The notes under the pieces were generated by a model. The model saw nothing but the letters and a program-made list of their open reading frames with translations. It did no database searches and was not told the DNA's origin. A program made the translations under genes and the position numbers. A stretch of DNA of 64,000 bases from Cycas panzhihuaensis (Eukaryota; Plantae; Cycadophyta), in the NCBI GenBank assembly GCA_023213395.1, contig CM041465.1, forward strand, positions 95,983,741-96,047,740, written 5' to 3'. This document shows, piece after piece, positions 52,862 through 64,000 of this stretch (its first letter is position 1; each line of letters opens with the position of its first letter).

Positions 52862-54301
52862 TTCAATTCAAGAGTTATTTTTTTTAACGTGATTTTTTTT
52901 TTTTTTTTAAGTGAGTTTCTTATAAACAAGAGGTTTTTTTTAAGTAATAAATGAAATAAAAATGAAATAAAGTAAATTGAAATAACAAGGGTAGGTTTAG
53001 AATGCTCTTAATGGTCTAAGATTTAAGAGTTAACTTCTTCAAATTTCCAAGAGTAATACCTACACATGAGACACCATCATACACTTAATTAGCCTTAAAA
53101 TTTAGAATTGAATAGCTAAAAATAATAAGACATAATCTAATCTAGCAAAAAAACCTTAATAAAACTAAAAAATACCTTTAAATATTGAAAAATAAAGCTC
53201 AAATAATTTAAACATAAATGCCAACTTAATTAGCTAATATCTCCTTCAAATCAGCTCCAAATCTAGCTCGATTTGATTCTAGGATGTAGAGCTCTGAATT
53301 AGCTTTCTGGAAGTTTAGATAGTTAAAACAATAGATGCACAGTTTAGGAGATATCACAAAAATTATACAGGTACCTTTTTATGCCCATAAATTAAATGAA
53401 AATTGGGTTAATGCCCCTTTGGATTGGCCTTTGGTCACTTGTAGGCCCCACATGACCACCTGTTAATGTTGTTAGGAGGGTGGAAGATATGAAAAGTTAT
53501 CCAAAGGAGTTTATAACTTTTGCACAATTATAAAAGATTAAATCTAGTTTATTTTCCCTTGAAGTCTGCCCTTTAGTTAAAGAAAAAGGTCATATGGAGG
53601 CCTCATTTAATCAAATGGAGGGGCTAAGCTAGATTTAAAATAAAATTATACTTCAATTTAATGTTTTAAAGTATAATGTTATGATATTAGATTAAAATAA
53701 AGATCAAAATTTAAAATTTGTAAGATTCATAGCCTGCATGTGAGGTGCGTGAGCTCCATGGAGGTTTGGTAAGCTTAAAACCACCTCAATTATGTACCAA
53801 ACACCATGAAATTGTAGGGGGAGGGGCATAGGACCCAAATGGAGCTAACAGAATAGACAAGAATGTAAATGATGCTCTATAATAGTTGCATGAAGCTACC
53901 GAAGTCACAGAGCCTTCATAGGCCTTGTAATGAAGAATAGAGCCAAATGTGACAAAAACACTCTAGAAAACTCCTCTATCATGTATTAGAAATGTGTATG
54001 GGGCTACTATAAACCCTAATAACACTCTAACAAGCAAAAAATATCAACAATAGAGCTACAACAATAAAAAACCATGGTTTTTCACACATTTTCTTCAATA
54101 AATCTAAGTAAAACCCTAGATGGATGCAAATGAACTTTAAAATTTATTATGGGAGGCTGAAATCTCTTGAAACTAGCTATATATGAGCTCTAACACTATA
54201 AAAAACCTTATATTTTCCATAAAACATGAAGAAAATAGAGTAAAACAAGCTTAAAAATACTAAAACACTCTAAAATCAGGTATGCTCTCTCTCTGATACC
54301 A

Positions 54302-54685
54302 TGTGAGAACAATAAGATTTAAATACATGTACCCTGATTTGAGTATAGTGATCAAACTATTGAAACATAATCACCAAATTAAGCAAATATTCATGACACT
54401 TGAGTATGCAAGTGTACGAGTGAATTCACCACACCATAGGCTCTCTCTCAAGCAGAGCTTATGCATTAATCAAAATCCAATATAAAGTACAAAGATGTGG
54501 GGTAATATTTATAGCCATCTGCTAAGATTACAATGCATTAGGATAAGCCAATTTAATGGCATAAGAGGTGGACCTAACCTCACTATCCAATATGCTTTAA
54601 TTACATAAAAGGGTACTTTTATACAAGATGAACATTAACATATAAAGGTGTGAAGAAATGAAGGAGATATTAGAAAGCTTTAACA
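54302..54685 (-). repeat. Copia 5' LTR
   Basis: TG...CA termini, adjacent to the PBS. Confidence 0.92.
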
Positions 54686-57005
54686 CTACCTTTAGAATTT
54701 ATTTGGTCTCCTTACTTCTTTGGGAGGATGGTTATTTCTAAAGACTCTCTTACCTTGAAGAGGGACAAGATTTTGTAGAAGACTCTCATGGAATATTTGA
54801 ATCCAAACAACTTATATTATTTGATTTTATTTTAATTTTATTATAAAGTTATTATTTTATTCCCTTGTACCTTACCATATCTGCTATCATATTAATACTT
54901 ATTCTTTTCTATGTAATTTAAAGTTATTATTAGGATTACTTTATTTTACTATTTTGATATTTAGTGGTACTCAAATATTTTATTATTATCCACTATTGGA
55001 ATCCATGATAAACCACTTGAGGTCCATCATAAGTGGTATAAGAGTATGATTTTGTCTAATTAAGGATTTATCAAAGATATATAATTTTGGAGATATAAAT
55101 AGATGAATTCAAAAAAATGATTATATATTTAAGATACCAAATATATACCATAAATTTTGGGTGGTTATACTATAGGGTTTGGAGTAGAATTATGAAAATA
55201 ATAAGGGTTTCAATCTTATCCTAATATTTACCATTGTTTATAGGGTAGAAAATTTCCTACTACACTTCAAATTACTATAATAGGGTGTATAAGCATTTGA
55301 TTAATCTCAATTTTTTTTTAATAGGTGTGTTTTGAAGTATACTTATATTGAAAGGTCAACTTTGAAAGGACATTACATAAGTTATATGTCTTTAAATAAC
55401 CTCAAAATGGATTCATTAGAAGCTTTTCTTAGTAATTTTATATTAAGCAGGGTTTAATTAAATTTTTATGATTAAAATATAAGTTATTTAAATTTTCATA
55501 ATAAAGTTTTATTTTGCCCTAATTTTTTATAATTTTATTTTTTAATATAATTTTTAGAAAATTTATTCTTGAGAAATAATTATTTTGATAAATTTAAGGT
55601 ACATATTTATATTTAAAATGGATACTCTAATTTTCACTAGGGATGGAAAGGTTTAGCCTATACAACAACTTGATATGATTAATTCATAATATAAATTTGC
55701 ATCTCAAATATTAAAAGATGATTTTGATTAGATCATTTAGTTATATTTAAGTGATAAGGATTTTAATTTGTTCTTCCATGGATTTCCTATCACTTAGAGA
55801 AGATTCATAGGAGTTTTCCTTACAAAGTTTGATGAAAAGTTTTAATAGTGGTGGGATTAATATTTACATAAGTACATCAATAATACCTCCACTAGTTTTA
55901 TTAACAAATATTAAAAGTAAGACCTTGAAGAGTATATTAGGCAAATAAATAAAGAGATTATTGGTATGATTAAGAAACATGTACAAAAATTAATTGAAAT
56001 ACATAAACTAAACAAATAAGAGTATACTTGTGAGTAAATTGAAAAAGAAATAATCAAGATTTATGAACCAAGTAAGGGAGATCCTATTTATAAGAAATTT
56101 TAAGGGGAAGAATTCCATATAGAATCCATTTCAAGGAAAAGTGAAGATGAATTAACATCAAAATCAATGTAGCATGCTAACTCAAAAGAGGAATTTAAGT
56201 AGGTATAACATAAGTCACTCTTAATAAAAAAATTTTAAGATATTCTAATCTTCTACCTAGGTGGAAGCATGCAAGTTGGAGAATGGATATTGAATATCAA
56301 CATATGTTGTGGACTCACATTTGATACAAAAATTAAAGTTTATAGACCATACATAGAATCACACTTGGTAGGGAAAGCTCATGATTATTACATTGATTAG
56401 CATAAAAGATTAAAAATCTTGAATGAATGGTCATGGTTTAAGTTATCATTTAGCATAACATTTAACCAATGGAATCAAGAGAAAGGAATCAAAGTTGATC
56501 TAATATGATGGCAGGACTAATGTGAGGGCAGAAGATATTAGGAGCAAGAAAAGCCCACTTATAAGAAATATTAAATTGAAGAAAAACTAATAGAGCACTA
56601 TGATTCATACAAAGAAGATAAAGAATAACATATATAAGAGTAGCATGAACCCTTTTATGAGTAATCAAATGAGAATCCAATGGAAGAATTTAAGCAATGG
56701 TATAAACAAGAATTTAAGTAATGTGAGGAAGAATCAAAGTAACTAGTTAACTCCAACAAGGTACTCTACACAGTTCTTAGTTTAGTTTTATACTTACCTA
56801 TTTCCTTTTATAATTTCACTATTCCTCTTCAAATTTTTATTATATTATTTTAGATAAAACTTCATTCTATATCCAGCAACATCCTATAATTAATCTACAT
56901 CCTTGTCATCATCATGATTCTCCCATTCCTCTCATTAATCCTCAACTCCTTTTATCTTTAAAATTAGATAACATCTACTTCTTTTTATTATGTTTTATTT
57001 TTTTC

Positions 57006-60000
57006 TGTTAGAATATTAGAGTGTTGGTGTGTTAGAATCTTGAAGTTCATAGATATTGATGAGGAATATTTAATTTGTGGTCAATAGGTCGAAGTTATCA
57101 TTAGATGATATGAGAGGTCTCATACACATGATTAGATTGGTTGATATAAAGGTGAAATATGATTAGATGATGATGAGGTTATACATCTATATAAGGGCAA
57201 TGTTTATCATAAAAATAATTAGATCACCTAATTCTTCTAATGAGGATAGGATGACTCACCATGAACATTATTGATTACTCTTCTTAATATAAGATATCAT
57301 AAATATTTGAAGGTGGTTTTTCATTCATGGGTTTTTCACATTAAGCATGATGTGCATGTGATATTTACATTATTGTCTCTTATACCTTTACCCTTTTTTA
57401 TTTGTTATGCTCATAATATACTTGATTGCTCATGTGAATATATTATATTTTGCTTGATTTCACACTTCTACATAAGCTATTATAAATAATTTAACATGGT
57501 ATTAGAGTGTATTTAAAATTTTTAATATGGTATCAGAGCATAGGTTGAGAGCCAAGGTGAAGTATAGAGCATGGTGAAATATCAAAGATAGAGTGAACTA
57601 TCTTAGCATTAAGGTAAAAGAAAAATCTTATAGCATAGGCAAAGTAGGTCTTGGGGAGAGTTGATAACACTTGTAGAAGTTTCATAGTAGAAGCAGAAGT
57701 AGGTTAACAATTTCATGAGCTAGTATAGGAGGCAGCTTGAAGAATATTTAATAAGCTAAAAATAGGTTATGCCAATGAGATATAACTAAGATTGGGGTAT
57801 GACAAAGTTGATAAGAGTCACATATAAAATAAAATGAAAATTATAAGACTAATGGTAATATTATTTATTATTTATTATGGATATTTATTTTATGTAGTAG
57901 TGCATATTCTTAAGAACATATAAGACTATAAAGTACATCCACAAGTTAATCGCCTAAATAGGAGTTATAATACTATAAGAGCAAATGGCAAATTAGTACC
58001 TTATTAGTATATCTGAAACAAATAGCAAGCATGTATAGTATTGTTATGTAACAAATTAATGATGATATCTTGTAAGGAAGATAAGTATACATGTTAGTAG
58101 GCTCTTTATATTATTGAAAAAAGACTAACAATCTCTGTGTGAGGGTAATCATTATGCCTTTGCTTGAAGTCTGCATCACCTATCCTAAGTTGCCCATGGA
58201 ATTGTTCATTACTATATGTAACAAATAAATTTATAGATCTAATTATTTCATGGTTAAGACCACTACTATGCACTTCTTCTTTGTCCATGTTATCTCTTAT
58301 GGACTATTTGTATAATTGAGCCAAAGTAGGGACACCTCAAATCAGACTATTAGTTGCTACCATTATATTAAAGAAATGAAAGCATTTACAACCATCATAA
58401 TATTGAGATCTGGCATCCATTAAAAATTAAAGAAACATGAAGGAAATTACCCTTTTCATATATAAATTCTCAAATGCCCTCATCATCAAACATGAAGATC
58501 ATAACCCATACTAATATATATGTAGAGATAACAAACATAGATCAAACATGTATATAATCACACAAAAATAAGGAGTGCATAGTTTCTCAATGCTTACAAA
58601 AATATATAGAAAATGTTATCTAAATCCCTAAACATAAAAAATGACAGTGAAAATATTTAGGGGTAAAGATTACTTTTTTTTTGTAAAGTCTTTTTTACAT
58701 TAAATTAAATTGAAATATAATATCAATTCTATCTTAGCCCCTAAAGGAATATGACATAATCATATGTAATGTTTTATGACCATGAGCTTAACATACAAAG
58801 GTGCTTAATGTTAATTTTTTATGCAATTTTTGATTTTTTATAAGGTACTATTTATATTTTACACATAACTTTTCCATATGAAGTCAAATCTATGAGACAT
58901 TAGTTTCATTGGAAAGAGTACTTAGAGATGGTCAAAACAAGTGGTCATAAGGCATATTTTGAAAATTGCATCATCAAAATTTCAATAGTTAAATTTGAGT
59001 AAATTAATTTTGCCATGATAAAAGTTACAAATTTTAAGTAGTTTTAGATTTGATTTGATATATTTTGAAGATTTTGAAGGCTCATGAGTGCATATTAATG
59101 CATATGCATGATTAATGATGAGTATGAATTCAATTTTCGATAAAAAGTGACATAGTAAAGGGTCATTTGTAACAATTTAATGCTCAAAACTAAAGTTGTA
59201 AAGCTTATGGAAACCTATTTGATATTAAATTTGATAATACATATTGACATAATGATATTTATCCCCCTCAAGTATTATTAGATTTGATTTAGTGGATGTG
59301 TAACACTAATCAAATGTATTTGATAATATTTGATGATTTTATTGATGATCATATGATTTGTTAATGATAAAGAAACACCACCTATTTCATATTTATTTTA
59401 GAGATGGGCCTAGTTAATTATTGTTGATGTCATTATTTGATAAAAGAATGGTTAAGTTATTTCCACTTTTTATAAGACATGGAGAAGTCTCATATGTTGA
59501 GTACTTGGCATACAAAAAATTATTTATTTAGGAGTCCAGTTGATATGTCTTTGTCAATAAGAAATCTAACATTCTATGTATGACAAGAGATATAAAAATA
59601 CACTTTTTTAATGTTACCTTATTATAACTAATTTGACTTGGCTAGGTGATATACCTTATTCTCAAAGTTAGTTGGTCAATTTAATTTATTAATAAGATTA
59701 ATTAATTACTACATAAAAGCTTTAGATATGTGTAAAAGTACTAATGGAGGTAGCACATGATTTTTCTTCTATGTAAGAGGTAAAATAGAATGATGCTACT
59801 CTTGTGTAATATATTGGCCTAATAGTTAGTATCATTTTGTTATTTTATTTTATATGTTGATAAACCATGTACAATAAACACTTCCTATATAACTATTGAT
59901 TGTGAAGGTTGGTTACTCATGTATTTTAGTATATGGTAATTGTTTTATATGAGAATTAATAATTGTTTTGGTTCATGATATTTTTGAAATAACATAGTCA

Positions 60001-60906
60001 ATAGAATTTATTTTTGAGGCTTTACGAGTGAAGATATAAAGTTGATAAGCAAAAAAACTTCATATATCATAACAAGTCAAAATTTATTAATTTTAGTTGT
60101 TTATTAATTGATTGATAACAATTTACATGTTGTTATAGGTGGTTGGTTTATATTTGACTATAAGTTGATTATAAGTTAATATAATACATAATAAATTTAC
60201 TTATAAGAGACAAGTATAATGAAGATAATTTTAAGGTTTTAAGTGATTCAATTATTTAGTTTGCATATTTAGTTTTTATCACAAATTTTAGTATAGGATT
60301 ATAAATTCTAGTATGAAGAGAAAAGCATGAAGATATAAATATATTTGAAGATCCATAAATTAAACATTAAGGGAGAATGTTAGAATATTAGAATGTTAGA
60401 GTGTTGAAATATTGTAGTTCATGAATATCGATGAGTAATATATAATCAATGGTTAAAAGGTTAAAGTTATCATTGGATGAGATGAGAGCTCCCACACATA
60501 TAATTACATTGGTTGATATAAAGGTGAAATATGATTGGATAATGATAATATCACAAATCTATATAAGAGAAGTACTTATTATAAAAAAAACTAGATCTAT
60601 TAGTCCTCCTAATGAGGATAGGATGAATGACCATGAGCATTATTGATTATTCTTCTTAATATGAGATCTCGTAAACATTTGAGGGTAGTTTTTCCATTTA
60701 TGGGTTTCTCATATTAAATATAATGTATACAAGATATTTGCATTATTATATTTTATATCCTTATCCTTTCCATTTATTATGTTCATGATATAATAAATGA
60801 AAAGGGTATCCTATGAATATATTATATCCTATTTGATTTTACATTTCCACATAAGTCATTACAGATAATTTAACATGGTATTAGATTGTATTCAAATTTT
60901 CTAACA
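57006..60906 (+). mobile_element. Non-autonomous LTR element (LARD-like), no recognisable gag/pol
   Basis: LTRs at 57006-57527 and 60378-60906. Perfect TSD TTTTC. Perfect Met PBS TGGTATCAGAGC at 57528-57539. PPT AAGGGAGAA at 60369-60377. Confidence 0.88.
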
Positions 60907-62565
60907 TTTTCCATCTTCTAAGTTTTTTCTCCTTTTCCCATATCACCTTTACCACTTATCACCCACACCTCAAGACTTATCCTCCATATCTCCCTCCGGT
61001 GTCTAAATGGAGTGACTATCATATCCTTTATGCTTTATCCCTTATGTATTTCCTACTTAAGCATCACATCCATTCTCCCTCTATCCCCTCTATAAACTAT
61101 CTTGTTATCCTCACTTTTTATCAATCCCACACCCTTCTATAACATTGTATTCTTCGCTTACTATACTCCCACTACCTAGTCCTATTTGTCCCTCATCATC
61201 TCACACTTAAGCTCTAAGTCCTATATACTATTCTCTTGTAGGATCCTTTAAACTCCTTTCTTATATAGGACCCTTATCATACCAACCAACTTGATTCTCA
61301 TTTACTATATACCCATCTTATATGACCCCATCTAAACTTCTCATTCCCATTAGGCTTCCATAATATTCCTTATTCCTTATCCCTTTTTTACAACAACCTC
61401 ATCTTCCTATCTTTAAGTAATTTTTACTATTTAATGCCCAATCCCCATGGATATAATATGGAAGTAATATATAGGATCTTAAGTAAGATGAACCCATAAT
61501 GCATATATCCCAGGATCTACAAAATATATGTCTTGATATTTTAGAACCAAAGGATTTTAGTAACATATAAAGGTAAGACATGAAGAAGAAGAATATAAGT
61601 TTATTTATAGCAAAAGTTATCCTATTAGAGATATAAGAAGTAAGGGATAAGTATATTTTATCGATAGGATGTGGCAAGGAAATAAAAATATAAAGTACAA
61701 TAACATCATCATAATAAGAGTTAATACATATTTTAAAATTATTAGAAATCATGAATAAAATCTTTAGAGATGATCCTTAGTACTTATTAAAGCTCAAATT
61801 TGAAAATGCTTTAAGGGTGAAGCACGATAAGAAAAGAGAGATTATTATGAATTGTGGATAATTCATTTATGCCTAAGTTAACTAAGTGGGACCAATTTCT
61901 AAAGACATATACAAGGTTTAAGTTGAAGATAAATCATGGTAGATGCATCATCTACCTATACGTATGTTTTGTGGGTAAAACATATTAAGCAGGTGGGATC
62001 TAAACAAGTCATCATGGGACCCAAATAAATATTATATAAAGAGTTTATATTAGTTTAAATATTATGGTTGTAAGATAGATTATTAGAAGCCAAGTTCACT
62101 TATAATATTATGGAATTTTAATGGAGATTATATATGAAACTATATATAAGGAGTGGTTAGGCTATTTGAAAAAATAAACTTTGAATTTTATTTGGTTTTA
62201 TTTCTTGGAATCTAGGATCCTAACATCTAGCATTGCATAAGTAACATAAGCATGAACTTCATATTATTATTTATATTTAGTTTTATGCTTAAAAATATGT
62301 GTGCCTTAATATTTAGTGATGGTTGTAGGAGTACTTAGCCTATAATGATCAAATAATTATAAGTGGTTTAATAAAAGCCATGTGTTTAAGTCTTATTTGA
62401 TAAAAAATGAATCCTTGTTATGTCCTAAACTTCGTTTGGCATACTTTTCCTATTTAATTTATCATTTTCCATCTCTTTATTTACTTTTTTAGTTTTTTTT
62501 TTTAATGTTTCCTTGGTACTATTATAATTTGTGTACTATTTTATTTTTTATAATAATATAATATA

Positions 62566-63082
62566 TGTTAAAACATGTGATATTATCACATATATAGTGT
62601 TTAATGTATTATATATAGTAGACCCATACAAAATCTTACTCACCAAAAGCATTAGTAAATATGATGTGTACAAGTATTCATGGGAATATCCTATTGGATG
62701 ATAAAATAACTCAAAAGATATTATAGGTTATTTTTAAGATGATATTCATATAAATATATGCATGCACCACTTAAGAACTTAAGAAAGGAAAGACTCATTT
62801 GGATTTTGATATCATTAAGAAGATCTCTCAACTCCAACCTTTTCCCATGGTTTTTTCTACATTGGATTTTTCATATATTAATATATTATCTATCTTGTGG
62901 TGCATGCTTAATATGTTTATATTTTATTATTCATATTATTACTTTATATATTATTCTTATATTACCTAATTTATGTATATTCCTCATGATATGATTGATT
63001 GATTATACTTATTGATATACTTTTACTGCACATAATGAGTATATTCTAATATGGTAGCAATCTTAAATTCTAAGTTCTAGCA
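62566..63082 (+). repeat. LTR followed by Met PBS (63083-63094)
   Basis: TGTTA...TAGCA termini, then TGGTATTAGAGT. Internal motifs resemble the 57006 LTR family. Confidence 0.55.
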
Positions 63083-63096
63083 TGGTATTAGAGTCA

Positions 63097-64000
63097 TGTT
63101 ATAAAAGATCTTGTGAAGTAGATTAAAATCTATACATGATCTAATTAAACTAGTAATTGAGCTAATATATAAGCTAATTATTAAAACATAATGTTTAATA
63201 TATATGGTGTACAAATATATTTCCCACCATTCACCTACTTTGAGATATACGAGATGCACGTATATCTATGTTATTTCACTATTGGATGATATAAAGACTC
63301 ATTATATTTGATAGGCTACTCATAAAGTGATTTCACTATATATATATATATAGTCTTACCACTTGAGAAAGGAGAGAAAGGTTAAAGATTTGGGGATGTA
63401 AACCTTATGATCATAAGTGGAGTCCTAACTCTACCTTCTCCTAGGTTTTTTCCCATAATGGGTTTTCCACATATAAATTTTGGTGTCATGTGGTGATGAT
63501 TATGTTTGATGATGTTTGCTTTACATGTTTGATATTTTTTATGTACATACTCATGAGTTGATTATTGTTGCATCCCATATTTTAACATAGCATCAGAGAA
63601 ATCTTGTTACCCTATTTTTAACATGGTATTAGAGCAATCCTATTACTCTATTTTTTAACATGGTATTAGAGCAGCATTGCATCCAAGCCACTATGGTAAG
63701 GTGAAGATCCTACTAATCAAGATTCAAGCCTATCGAGCCTATGACAAGAGCCATTTATAAATAAATTTTTGATGAGCTAGTATATACATATACTAGTGAC
63801 ATGCAGAACCATTTATAGGACAGATGAAGCCATTCAAACTGCATATACGAGATATAACAGATATTGATGGTATGTTAATGTGTGATTTTATTGTAGGCAA
63901 TCATTCATACATGTAGGCCTATATTCATAAAGTATGTAGGTACTCAGATCAGTCCATATGATATTATATTTAGCCCATAAGTGAAGGATTTTACAAGTGT
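63097..64000 (+). mobile_element. 5' end of another LTR element (LTR 63097-63660, PBS 63661-63672) running off the window
   Basis: TGTTA...TAACA termini, a GGGTTTTCC LTR motif, a TGGTATTAGAGC PBS and tandem LTR-end/PBS copies. Confidence 0.7.

Larger units (their letters stand above)
47310..54685 (-). mobile_element. Full-length Ty1/Copia with ~1.9-kb leader, inserted in an LTR
   Basis: LTRs at 47310-47691 and 54302-54685. PBS TGGTATCAGAGAG at 54289-54301. PPT AAGGGAGGG at 47692-47700. TSD CAACC/CTACC. Confidence 0.93.
47100..62210 (+). mobile_element. Decayed gag-only Gypsy-like LTR element (copy B) with two nested insertions
   Basis: Split 5' LTR (~47100-47309 plus 54691-55031) and decayed Met PBS TGGTATAAGAGT at 55034-55045. 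Gag-like remnant at 56230-56750 and C-rich spacer at 60912-61400. Partial 3' LTR at ~62000-62210 matches 47100-47309 and its continuation. Confidence 0.6.

Noticed and set aside
58659-59267. Mutator-like MITE bounded by GGGGTAAA / TTTATCCCC
   Set aside because: The inverted match is only ~8 bp, with no extended TIR or 9-bp TSD.
61399-63259. Hydrophobic ORFs as membrane proteins
   Set aside because: I/L/F/Y richness is expected from AT-rich LTR sequence, and no conserved motifs are present.

Overview
Gene-free, AT-rich, CpG-depleted DNA from a land-plant nuclear genome. A large gymnosperm- or fern-like genome is an inference from the element families. The window is a stack of nested, decayed retrotransposons, and no intact host gene, RNA gene or CRISPR array was found. 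From left to right: (1) a GC-richer unresolved repeat (1-2441). (2) A gag-only Gypsy-like element (~2440-12029) interrupted by a full-length, TSD-flanked L1 LINE with an RNase H domain (4291-10607, minus). (3) An old Copia (12030-14570, possibly continued at 33700-35643) with a solo LTR inside its integrase. (4) A full-length non-chromovirus Gypsy (14681-25223) whose LTRs carry 29-bp tandem arrays and which has an extra ORF after integrase. (5) A Tnt1/Tork-like Copia (25822-31063, minus). (6) Two Copia elements with ~2-kb leaders ending in hairpin-dense blocks just before gag (39109-46541 plus; 47310-54685 minus). (7) A second gag-only element (~47100-62210) hosting that minus-strand Copia and a non-coding LTR element (57006-60906). 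(8) Further LTRs with tandem primer-binding sites at the right end. All element ORFs are pseudogenised, mostly by C>T/G>A changes that include CpA sites. The most interesting signals are the structured leader domains, a triple hairpin in a Copia 3' UTR, a Q/G/P/Y prion-like insert in a Copia Gag, PBS amplification, and a possible intron in L1 ORF1. Coordinates were read by hand, and boundaries marked ~ are approximate.
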